A DNA stretch of 64,000 nt from Candidatus Latescibacterota bacterium (GTDB lineage Bacteria > Latescibacterota > UBA2968 > UBA8231). Made by a program: the position numbers and the translations under genes. Shown here piece after piece: positions 9,249-18,022 of the stretch. Numbering within the stretch: position 1 is the stretch's first letter; each line of letters starts with the position of its first letter. The notes under the pieces are model-generated. The model saw nothing but the letters and a program-made list of their open reading frames with translations, did no database searches and was not told where the DNA came from. The stretch covers positions 3,424,001-3,488,000 of the forward strand of contig CBDCDC010000002.1 of NCBI GenBank assembly GCA_965215195.1. Direction: 5' to 3'.

Positions 9249-9947
9249 TCAAGTTACCTTCTCCGCCAAATCCCCACTGCTAGACCGAATGTGCGCCGCC
9301 ATCGCCTGCCGCGCCGCCGCCGCATCTCGCCGCTGCAATGCCTCCAAGATCTGCTGGTGTTCCGCCAGCGAAAGTTCGGCTCGGGGACCAGCCAGCGACG
9401 GGTCCGCTAAGGTCTCCTTGATCCATTCTTGTAGATAGCTTCGCGTGGTTTCGAGCAAGCTGTAGAGAATGGAATTGTGCGTGGCTTGGGCAATCAGTAG
9501 GTGGAATTGCAAATCGCTGGCGAGAAAGCGCCCTGCGTCCTCTAACCCCTCGGCCATGCCGGCCAGCGCGTCGGCAATAGCCGCCAAATCAGCGGGCGTG
9601 GCCCGCTCGGCCGCCAAATAGGCGTTTTGCGATTCGAGCATCATCCGCGTCTCGCTCAGGTCTTGCAGCTTCTTGCCGTCGAGCAAAAATCCCCACTGCA
9701 ACGCCCGCTCCACGTATTGTCCCTTGTCGCAGACAAAAGTGCCCTCGCCCACGCGGCCGTCGAGCAGGCCCATCATGACCAGCGAGCGCAGGGCTTCGCG
9801 CAGGGAGGAGCGCCCAACCTTAAAGCGCTTACATAGCTCCCGCTCCGGCGGTAGCCTGTCGCCGGGCTTGAGGACGTTGCGCTCGATTAAGTTCGTTATC
9901 TGCGCGACGATCGCGTCGCTTACGGACGTGCGCTGCACCGGGCTCAT
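9249..9947 (-). CDS. GntR/FadR family transcriptional regulator
   Basis: LKPGDRLPPERELC..F.VGRSSLREAL wHTH plus FCD domain; start uncertain (9947, or up to 10031). Confidence 0.93.
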   Translation of the reverse strand: MSPVQRTSVSDAIVAQITNLIERNVLKPGDRLPPERELCKRFKVGRSSLREALRSLVMMGLLDGRVGEGTFVCDKGQYVERALQWGFLLDGKKLQDLSETRMMLESQNAYLAAERATPADLAAIADALAGMAEGLEDAGRFLASDLQFHLLIAQATHNSILYSLLETTRSYLQEWIKETLADPSLAGPRAELSLAEHQQILEALQRRDAAAARQAMAAHIRSSSGDLAEKVT

Positions 9948-10018
9948 GGCCGCGGCCGCGGCTTTCTTAGCAGAGTGGGTCAAGGTATCCAATCGCGGAT
10001 AGCGAAAAAAATTTGCCG

Positions 10019-10031
10019 ATGGTCTGACCAT
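10019..10031. promoter_or_regulatory. FadR-subfamily operator palindrome
   Basis: ATGGTC-T-GACCAT between the divergent regulator and operon; matches the TGGTCNGACCA type of GlcC/LldR/PdhR-like sites. Confidence 0.75.
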
Positions 10032-10082
10032 TAGCTATTTTCTCAAACAGTACTCAACGTAGCACTTTGCTGTCAAGAGGAA

Positions 10083-10724
10083 ATGCAGATGGCACAGACT
10101 TTGGACCTTGGCTCGCGCGTCGAATTGGTCTCTATGGATCCCCACTTCGACGACATTTCCATCGCTCTCTATTGCCCGGACGGCCCCGGCCCCCCTTGCT
10201 ACCGAGTCCACACCTATAGCTGTCGCCCCAGGGCGGACGAGCGCGTCGCCGGGGTTGCCCGCGCTATGCAGGTGCTCGGAGGCATGGAACAAACGAGCGC
10301 CGGATCGCTCAGCTTTTCCTGCGGCCACGCCCATCGGCTCGCGGTCAAGCGGCTCTTTTTAGAGGCTTGTAAGCTGTCGCCGACCCAGCCCCTAGAGCCG
10401 CGCCCGCTGCATATCTTCGACAAAAAGGCCAACGCCACCATTGCCGTCGCCAGCCTCGGGCAGGGCTTGTACGAAGCCCGCGCCACCGAACAGACCCCCG
10501 GTGTGGAACGCCGCGTCGCCACCATCGCCCGCGGCCTAATCCGCCTCGGTGAAATGGAAGAAGTCGCCGATCAACCCAACCAAGTCCGCTTCGGCTGCGG
10601 CCACTCCCACGACGCCCTTATTGGCCTCTTGCTCGTCCGCGCCCCCAACGTGCGCGCCGCCGTGCGCGAGGCCGAAGCCATGGCCAGCCGCGGCGTGCTC
10701 TCAGCTCCTAGCACTCAAGAATAA
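10083..10724 (+). CDS. Hypothetical protein with two F-x-CGH-x-H repeats
   Basis: GAGG RBS; first gene of the operon; internal duplication. Confidence 0.8.
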   Translation: MQMAQTLDLGSRVELVSMDPHFDDISIALYCPDGPGPPCYRVHTYSCRPRADERVAGVARAMQVLGGMEQTSAGSLSFSCGHAHRLAVKRLFLEACKLSPTQPLEPRPLHIFDKKANATIAVASLGQGLYEARATEQTPGVERRVATIARGLIRLGEMEEVADQPNQVRFGCGHSHDALIGLLLVRAPNVRAAVREAEAMASRGVLSAPSTQE

Positions 10725-10734
10725 AGGAGTCTAT

Positions 10735-11769
10735 ATGCCCTCTTCAATGACCAGCCGCGAGCGCGTCCTCGCCGCCCTCGCCCGCCAGCCTGTGGACCGC
10801 ACTCCGCTCTGCAACCCGACCTCGGTGGCCACCGTCGAATTGATGGATCTCGTCGATGCCCCTTTCCCCGCAGCCAACCGCGAGCCCGAGCTCATGGCGC
10901 GGCTGGCCGCCACCAGCTACACCGAGCTGGGCTTTGACACCATCATGCCGGTCTTCACCATCATCCAAGAGTCCTCGGCCCTCGGGTGCAAAATCCAGTG
11001 GGAGCAAAAGGACAACTGGCCCACCGTCCGCATGAGCGAGCCAATCTGGCACGAGCCAGACGACATCAAAATCCCCGCCGACCTCTGCACCCACCCGGAC
11101 ACGGCTTGCGTCACCGAAGCGATCAAAATTCTGCGCCGAGAATACGGCGACGAAGTCGCCATCGTCGGCAAAACCATGGGGCCTTGGTCGCTGGGCTACC
11201 ACTGCTTCGGAGTCGAGCCTTTTCTGCTGTTGTCGCTCGACGACCCAGGCAAGACCAAGCTCTGCCTCGATCGCATGAAAGAGATCACCATTGAATTTGG
11301 GCAAGCGCAGATCGAGGCCGGTGCCGACGCCCTGACCCTGCCCGATCACGCCACCGGCGACCTCGTCAGCGGCGAGTATTACGAGCGCTACCTGCGCGAC
11401 CTGCACATCGAGTTTGCCGAGCGGCTTTCGGTGCCCATCATCCTCCACATCTGCGGTCGCACGGTTGACCGCATGGAGTACATCGCCCAAACCGGCATGG
11501 CGGCCTTCCACTTCGATTCCAAGAATACGCCCGAGGAATCCACCCAAATCGTGCGCGACCGCATCTCATTAGTAGGCAACATCAACAACCCCGAGACCCT
11601 CTTTGCCAAAGGGCCGGAAGTCGTCGGTGCCGAAGTCGTGCGCAACCTCGAGGCCGGCGTCCAGCTCATCGGCCCGGAGTGCGCCATCCCCTTGCAGACC
11701 TCCATCGAAAACCTCAAGGCCATCCCCCGCACGGTCCACGAGTGGCACCGGGACCAAGCTCGCAACTGA
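10735..11769 (+). CDS. MtaA/CmuA family (URO-D fold) corrinoid methyltransferase
   Basis: MTSRERVLAAL, ILHICG, LVGNI, IGPEC zinc motifs; AAGGAG RBS. Confidence 0.9.
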   Translation: MPSSMTSRERVLAALARQPVDRTPLCNPTSVATVELMDLVDAPFPAANREPELMARLAATSYTELGFDTIMPVFTIIQESSALGCKIQWEQKDNWPTVRMSEPIWHEPDDIKIPADLCTHPDTACVTEAIKILRREYGDEVAIVGKTMGPWSLGYHCFGVEPFLLLSLDDPGKTKLCLDRMKEITIEFGQAQIEAGADALTLPDHATGDLVSGEYYERYLRDLHIEFAERLSVPIILHICGRTVDRMEYIAQTGMAAFHFDSKNTPEESTQIVRDRISLVGNINNPETLFAKGPEVVGAEVVRNLEAGVQLIGPECAIPLQTSIENLKAIPRTVHEWHRDQARN

Positions 11770-11781
11770 AGAAGAGACCCT

Positions 11782-12525
11782 ATGGCAGACATCACTGACA
11801 TCGCCAACGAATTTATCCGCGACGAGATCGAAGAGTTCATCGAGCGCGACGACGAGCGCGAGCGCATCACCAGCCTCTTCGCCCAAGCGAGCGCGGACAT
11901 GCAGGACATCGCCGCGGCTCTCATCGATGGCGACCACCTAACGGTCGATGAGCTGACCGGCCAAGCCATTGCCGCGGGCGTGGAGGCCCTCGAAGTCATG
12001 GACGACGGGCTGATCGCTGGCATGGCCATCGTCGGCATCAAATTCCGCGAAAACTTCATCTTCGTCCCCGAAGTGTTAGCCTGCGCCCGCGCCATGAAGG
12101 CCGGCATGACCCACATTGAGCCCATTCTCTCGGCCTCAGGCGTCGATCCCATCGGCACGGTGATCATGGGCACGGTCAAGGGCGACCTCCACGACATCGG
12201 CAAAAACTTGTGCATTATGATGCTGCGCGGGGCTGGCTTCGTCGTCCACGACCTCGGCGTAGATACTTCCGAAGACGAGTTCATCGACGCCATCGAAGAG
12301 CACCAAGCCCCGCTCTTGGGCATGTCGGCCCTGTTGACCACTACCATGCCGAACATGGGCAAGACCATCGACGCCTTCATCGACGCCGACTTGCGCGACG
12401 ACGTCAAAATCATGGTCGGCGGCGCACCCGTGACCCAGGAGTTTGCCGACGACATGGGTGCCGACGGGTACGGCAAGGACGCCCTCGCCTGCGTGTCCTT
12501 GGCCAAGGAACTGTTGGAGGAGTAG
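11782..12525 (+). CDS. Corrinoid (B12-binding) protein, cap + Rossmann domains
   Basis: GDLHDIGKN (DxHxxG), SALLTTT, MVGGAP; F-VPEVL cap motif. Confidence 0.95.
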   Translation: MADITDIANEFIRDEIEEFIERDDERERITSLFAQASADMQDIAAALIDGDHLTVDELTGQAIAAGVEALEVMDDGLIAGMAIVGIKFRENFIFVPEVLACARAMKAGMTHIEPILSASGVDPIGTVIMGTVKGDLHDIGKNLCIMMLRGAGFVVHDLGVDTSEDEFIDAIEEHQAPLLGMSALLTTTMPNMGKTIDAFIDADLRDDVKIMVGGAPVTQEFADDMGADGYGKDALACVSLAKELLEE

Positions 12526-14471
12526 TGAAACTCTCCATAACGATGCCTTCGTCCACGACCCAAATCGACCCCCAAGAGTACCAAAAGCGCCTCGACCGCC
12601 TGTCGGACATCCTTGCCGGCATTGCCACCCATGCCGACGTGCAGGCGACCTTTCGCTGCCCGTACAAGAACCGCTTCGACCAATGCACCGCCCACTTCGG
12701 CTGCCGCAACCAGCGCAAGCCGCAAAAGCCGGGCGGGCTGTTCCAGTGCGGCGGCGACGACCAGCTCGACTACCGCTCGGCTTGGGAGTTCACGCCTAAA
12801 GGCGCGGTGAAACCGACCCAACGCCCGGCCACACCCAGCCGCGGGCAAATCCGCTGCGACGGCACCTCCCACCCGCTGTCCACCGGCGGCACCCTCTTCG
12901 ACTACGCGGATCAACTCGGCACCCGAGTGCCCACCTCCTGCGGGCGCACCGGCCACTGCCACGAGTGCATCGTCGAGGTCACAAGCGGTGCCCAAGCCCT
13001 CAACGCGCCGACGCCGGCCGAAGACTTCCTCGGCGGTGAGTTCCGGCTCGCCTGTCAAGCCAAAGTCGAAGACGCGGATGTCGATATCGAGTTCGCACCG
13101 CTTTTTCGCACACCTCGAATCCTGACCCACACCGTGGATCGACCCGCCGAGATCGACCCGCTAGTCCAGCGGCGGGGGCAAGCCATCTACTACGGCGACG
13201 AGGAAATCGACCAGTATCGCGGCCACCTCTACGGGCTGGCCATCGACTTGGGTACCACCACCATCGTCCTCGACTTAGTCGATCTGGAAACGGGCGAGAG
13301 CGTGCATTTGAGCGCATTTGAAAACCCGCAGCGCTTTGGCGGCAGCGACATCATGCACCGCATTTCCTACGACGGGCAACACCCCGGCGAGTTGCGCCAA
13401 GCCCTCGTCAAGGCACTCAACCACGAAATCGAGAACCTCTGTCGGCGCGGCAGCTTTGTGCGACAGGAAATTTACGAGATCGCGATCGCCGGCAACTCCA
13501 CGATGCGCGACATCCTCTTCCGCCTCGACGTGCAGAGCATCGGCCAAAAGCCTTACAAATCGCGCATTGAGCACGCATACCTAAGCGGCGAACGCACCGC
13601 GACCAGCCTAGTCGAAAAAACCCGCCGCCTCGGCCTGAAGGCCAATCCCAAAGCGCGCGCGTACTCGCTGCCCCTGATCGCCAGCCACGTCGGCGCGGAC
13701 GTGGCCGCCGATTTGGTCGCTGTCGATATGGACCTTGCCAGCGAAAGCGCGATGCTGGTCGATGTGGGCACCAACACCGAAGTAGTAGTCGCACACCAAG
13801 GCCGTCTCGTCGCGGCCTCCTGCCCGGCCGGCCCGGCCTTTGAGGGCGGCGGCATCACCTACGGTATGCCCGGCTGCGACGGGGCCATTGAGTCCATCTG
13901 CTGGGACGGCACGTGCTGGCGGTGGGAAACTATCGGCGACGCCGCGCCGGCCGGGCTGTGCGGCTCCGGGCTAATCGACCTCCTCGCCGAGTTGCGCCGC
14001 CACGACTTAATGACCCCCAAGGGCGTTTTCGCCGGCAAAAAGCGCCAATTTGAGCTGGTCCCCGAGCGCGGCATCACCTTCTCGCGCCTCGACGCTTCAA
14101 ACCTAGCCCAAGCCAAAGCCGCTAATTTCTGCGGCCAGTACATCGTCTTGCGGACCTTGGGCTTGGACCCGGGCGACGTGCAACAGCTCTATCTCGCCGG
14201 CGGTTTTGCCAACTACGTCGATGTCCAAGCCGCCATAGACATTGGCTTTCTGGCTCCCGTGTCCACCACGCGCATCGCCAAGGTGGGCAACGCCGCTGTC
14301 CAAGGGGCGCGCGAAGTGCTTCTCTCGGCCGGCAAACGCGCCCGAATCGAAGCACTGGCCAAGCGCATTGAGCACATCGAACTGGAGACGACCCCCGACT
14401 TTTTTGAGCTCTTCGTCGAGGGCTGCCAATTCAAACCCATGCCCCTGAAACTGACTGCTGCCTCCGTCTGA
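12525..14471 (+). CDS. ASKHA-domain corrinoid reductive activator (RACE/RamA-like) with 2Fe-2S domain
   Basis: CGRTGHCHEC...RLACQ ferredoxin; IDLGTTT, DVGTNTE, AGPAFEG, GLCGSG, LAGGF; start at GTG 12525 or ATG 12543. Confidence 0.92.
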   Translation: MKLSITMPSSTTQIDPQEYQKRLDRLSDILAGIATHADVQATFRCPYKNRFDQCTAHFGCRNQRKPQKPGGLFQCGGDDQLDYRSAWEFTPKGAVKPTQRPATPSRGQIRCDGTSHPLSTGGTLFDYADQLGTRVPTSCGRTGHCHECIVEVTSGAQALNAPTPAEDFLGGEFRLACQAKVEDADVDIEFAPLFRTPRILTHTVDRPAEIDPLVQRRGQAIYYGDEEIDQYRGHLYGLAIDLGTTTIVLDLVDLETGESVHLSAFENPQRFGGSDIMHRISYDGQHPGELRQALVKALNHEIENLCRRGSFVRQEIYEIAIAGNSTMRDILFRLDVQSIGQKPYKSRIEHAYLSGERTATSLVEKTRRLGLKANPKARAYSLPLIASHVGADVAADLVAVDMDLASESAMLVDVGTNTEVVVAHQGRLVAASCPAGPAFEGGGITYGMPGCDGAIESICWDGTCWRWETIGDAAPAGLCGSGLIDLLAELRRHDLMTPKGVFAGKKRQFELVPERGITFSRLDASNLAQAKAANFCGQYIVLRTLGLDPGDVQQLYLAGGFANYVDVQAAIDIGFLAPVSTTRIAKVGNAAVQGAREVLLSAGKRARIEALAKRIEHIELETTPDFFELFVEGCQFKPMPLKLTAASV

Positions 14472-14478
14472 AAAGGCC

Positions 14479-16038
14479 ATGCAGAAAACCGCCACCCTGC
14501 GCCATCTGCTAGAAGAGACCGACCGCTTTATCACCTGCGTCGAGTTGGTCACATCCCGGGGCACCCTAGCCGACCGCGGCGGCAAGCGCGTTTTGGACAT
14601 GGCCCGCATCCTATCCGCCGATCCGCGCTTTGACGCCCTGTCGATCACCGACAATCCCGGCGGCAATCCCATGCTCACCGCAGACGCGCTGGGAACTCCG
14701 CTCAAGGAAGGCGGCCAAGAAGTCATCATCCACCTCTCCTGCAAGGACTTCAACCGCAACGGGCTAATGGGCCAAGCTTGGAAGCTGGCCAATGGGGGCT
14801 TCGACAACATTCTCACCCTGTCGGGCGATTATCCCATCGCCGGGTACCAAGGCCAGGCCGGCGGCGTGTTCGACATCGATTCAGTCGGCCTGTTGCAATT
14901 GCTCTCCGATATGAACGAGGGGCGCTTTGAGGATGCTTCGCCGGGCCGCAAGCCGCGTCCCTTAAAACCCACCCGCTTTTTTCTCGGTGCTGTAGTCAAC
15001 AACCACAAGCGGCTTGAAGCCGAGGTCATGCCGCAGTATTTCAAGCTGGCCCAAAAAATCCGCACCGGTGCCCGCTTCATCATCAGTCAAATTGGCTACG
15101 ACGCCCGCAAGCAGGACGAGCTGCTCAAGTACATGGCCCTGCACGGCCTCCACGTTCCGGTCATTGCCAATGTCTTCGTCTTGTCCGGGGGCGTAGCCCG
15201 CTTCTTCCACGCCGGCCGCATCCCCGGCGTCGAAGTTACCGACGAATTGCTCGCCGTAGCGCAAAAGCAAGCCGCTTCCCCGGATAAGGGCAAAGCCTTC
15301 TTCCTCGAATTTGCCGCCCAACAGTGCGCCATTGCCCGAGGCTTGGGCTATCGCGGCGTGTACTTGGGGGGGCACATCGGGGCCGAGGAATACGGCCGCA
15401 TTTTGGAACTAGCCGCACAGTACGCTACAGACGACTGGCGCGATTTCGCCCGCCAGATCCGCTACTCGCGCCCCGGCGAATTCTTCTATTTTGCAGAAGA
15501 CCCCGACACCAGCTTGGCCTCCACCCAAGTCAACCAAGCCTATCTCGACTCAAAGACTCCCAGTGGGCGTCGCCCAGCCCCCCTACCGTACAGGATAAAT
15601 CGCCAAATCCACGACCGCGTCTTTGAGCCGAGCAAGGCCCTGTTCCGTCTAGGAGCGGCCCTGTCGCGCAAACTCGAGGGCGGGAGACTGCAAAAGCCCT
15701 TGCACACTGTGGAGCACGCGCTTAAAATCGCCGCTTTTGACTGCCGCGACTGCGGCGACTGCTCGCTGCCGGACATCGCCTATTTGTGCCCGGAATCGCA
15801 GTGCGTCAAAAACCAGCGCAACGGCCCCTGCGGCGGTACGCGCCAAGGCAAGTGCGAAGTCGGCGACAAGGACTGCATCTGGGCGCGCGCGTACGACCGT
15901 CTCAAGGCCTATGGAGAAGAGGAACAAATGCTCGGCGACGCAGCCGTCATCAAGGACGCGGCTTTACAGGGCACTAGCGCTTGGGCCAACGCCTTTTTGC
16001 AAAGAGATCACCGCGGGAAGAGGAAAGACGCTGAGTAA
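14479..16038 (+). CDS. metF: Methylenetetrahydrofolate reductase fused to a C-terminal Cys-rich MetV-type domain
   Basis: ITDNPGG, IHLSCKDFN, LSGD, FIISQ; C-terminal CRDCGDC..CP..C.K..NGPCGG..CEV..CIW. Confidence 0.85.
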   Translation: MQKTATLRHLLEETDRFITCVELVTSRGTLADRGGKRVLDMARILSADPRFDALSITDNPGGNPMLTADALGTPLKEGGQEVIIHLSCKDFNRNGLMGQAWKLANGGFDNILTLSGDYPIAGYQGQAGGVFDIDSVGLLQLLSDMNEGRFEDASPGRKPRPLKPTRFFLGAVVNNHKRLEAEVMPQYFKLAQKIRTGARFIISQIGYDARKQDELLKYMALHGLHVPVIANVFVLSGGVARFFHAGRIPGVEVTDELLAVAQKQAASPDKGKAFFLEFAAQQCAIARGLGYRGVYLGGHIGAEEYGRILELAAQYATDDWRDFARQIRYSRPGEFFYFAEDPDTSLASTQVNQAYLDSKTPSGRRPAPLPYRINRQIHDRVFEPSKALFRLGAALSRKLEGGRLQKPLHTVEHALKIAAFDCRDCGDCSLPDIAYLCPESQCVKNQRNGPCGGTRQGKCEVGDKDCIWARAYDRLKAYGEEEQMLGDAAVIKDAALQGTSAWANAFLQRDHRGKRKDAE

Positions 16039-16172
16039 AATCGAACCGCGGGCAGAACCGGGTGTATGGTGATTTTAGGAGTTGCGAATTGCAAATTGCG
16101 TCGGCTTCGTGCTGTGTCTCGTTAAAACGCTGTCTCACCCAAGTGCTGATACCATTCCCCGACATCCGGCCG

Positions 16173-17816
16173 ATGATGCTGCGCTACCTATGGATCGCCT
16201 GCTTGGGCACCGCAAGTGGCTGCGGCCTCTCGTCGGAGCCGCCCGTAGCGGAAGTAGGACCGCACCAGATCACCGCCTCTGCGCTGAATACTTTTGTCGC
16301 CGCATGGTCGGGGAGCAGACCCGATTCGCAGACGGCCGACCAAGCCCGTCGGCACTATCTTCAGACCATGATCGACGCCCGCCTGTTGCTGGTAGAAGCC
16401 CGTGCCCTCGGGATCGATACCACGCAGGCCGTGCGGGCAACGGTTCAGGACGCAATCGACAACCGGGTCCGTGCCCTCTATCGGGCCCGCGAGATCACGG
16501 ATGCAATCGCAATTCCCGAAGACGAGATTCGCGCCTATTTCGACGCCGAAGGGTACGGTCTAGAGCGCAAGGTCAGCGGCATCCTAGTAGAGAGCCAGAC
16601 TGAGGCTAATTCGGTTTTGGCCCAACTGCGCGCCGGACGGCCCTTCGCAGAAATAGCCGCTGCCTACTCCAAAGACGCACACTCGGCGCGCCGGGGCGGC
16701 GAGTTGGGGTTTATAGGGCGCGACATGGCACCGCGGCTCCACATTCCACCGGAGGTTTTCCGCACCCTCCCCCTCGGCGCAATCTCGAATCCTGTGTACA
16801 CGGGCAAGTACTGGAACATCGTGCGCTTCACCGAAGAGCGTCCCGCCGCCTACGACAAGTATCGGGACTCCATTAAAAATCAACTCTTTGCAGAGCAATC
16901 TGCCCAAGCCAAAAAGGAACACCTCGAACTGCTCCACAACGCCTTTGAGGTGCGGCGGCACGAAGATGCCCTACAGCAGCTAGTAACCGCCTACAGACTA
17001 CAGGACCTATCCTCTCTGACCGCTGAATCGCTTCCCCTATATACCTTCGACGAGGGCGAGCTCACCTTGGCAGCAGCGGTGAAGGTTTTGCAGGAACAAA
17101 ACATCGGTTCCGGATTCGCCGAGAGCGTCCAAGCAGCTTCCACGCTCAGACGCATCGTGCTGAATCCCTTTCTCATCAAAGAGGCCGCACAGCGGGCCGG
17201 CTACTACCAAAAACCCGCAATCCAGCGGCTAAGACAGATCAAAGAAGAGGAGGCCTTGCTCGACGGTATCAAAGAGACTATAACTCGGGAAATAGATATA
17301 TCCGAAGAGGACGTGCGCCGCTACTACGACAGCCACCCCGAGGTTTTTAGCCACGAGCCTGCCGTATGGGTTGAGGAACTGCTCCTGCCCACGGCCGACG
17401 AGGCACAAAAAAAGAGGGCACTGCTAGAAGGTGGCACTCCCTTCGCCGACCTAGCGGGCGAAAGCCTGCGGTCAGACGCTATTGAGAAGGCCAATCGATT
17501 CCATTTCCATCCGCTGGAGAAGACCATCTATCCCAAGCTGATGGCGGCGATCGGGGAGGCACCCGAAGGCGAACTCGTCGGACCCGTGGCCATTGAGGGA
17601 GGTTTCTCCCTCTTTCGCGTACTCGACCATGAGGATGCCTCCATCGAACCCTATGAACAGGTTCAGAGGCGGGCCGCTTCCCTGCTGCGCCGAGAGCGGG
17701 AACACTGGTACCTGCAAGCCCTATTGGAGAAATTGCGAGAAAAGTACGCCGCCCAGATCAATATCGACGAATCGCGCCTGCGCGAAGCCGTGCCCGACAG
17801 TCTCCTGCGACGCTAA
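16173..17816 (+). CDS. PpiC/parvulin-type peptidyl-prolyl isomerase lipoprotein (two rotamase domains)
   Basis: Lipobox ASGC; FAEIAAAYSKD..GGELGF; second domain G.LVGPV...GFSLF. Confidence 0.85.
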   Translation: MMLRYLWIACLGTASGCGLSSEPPVAEVGPHQITASALNTFVAAWSGSRPDSQTADQARRHYLQTMIDARLLLVEARALGIDTTQAVRATVQDAIDNRVRALYRAREITDAIAIPEDEIRAYFDAEGYGLERKVSGILVESQTEANSVLAQLRAGRPFAEIAAAYSKDAHSARRGGELGFIGRDMAPRLHIPPEVFRTLPLGAISNPVYTGKYWNIVRFTEERPAAYDKYRDSIKNQLFAEQSAQAKKEHLELLHNAFEVRRHEDALQQLVTAYRLQDLSSLTAESLPLYTFDEGELTLAAAVKVLQEQNIGSGFAESVQAASTLRRIVLNPFLIKEAAQRAGYYQKPAIQRLRQIKEEEALLDGIKETITREIDISEEDVRRYYDSHPEVFSHEPAVWVEELLLPTADEAQKKRALLEGGTPFADLAGESLRSDAIEKANRFHFHPLEKTIYPKLMAAIGEAPEGELVGPVAIEGGFSLFRVLDHEDASIEPYEQVQRRAASLLRREREHWYLQALLEKLREKYAAQINIDESRLREAVPDSLLRR

Positions 17817-18022
17817 GAAGCTGTCTGGCATCCTAGTGCAGCCCCAAGCGCGGGCGCAAACGCGACATCTACCGGGCATTTTCAGACAGCTTCTAAATCC
17901 CGACATTGACGTGACGCATTTACGCAGCCTCGCCAAATTGGTATTCTACACATAAAGGGGATGGGCCAAGGACATCCAGCCCGTCAAGTGGAGACTCACC
18001 GCCTGCAAATCAGGAGGTAGCC

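Noticed and set aside
10735-12525. Pyrrolysine/selenocysteine recoding in the methyltransferase genes
   Set aside because: The proteins are full length at their stops; no MttB-type gene or in-frame continuation
11388-13130. Long antisense ORF (580 aa); likewise 51076-52140 and 54253-55272
   Set aside because: Shadow ORFs of well-supported genes in GC-rich DNA, with no motifs
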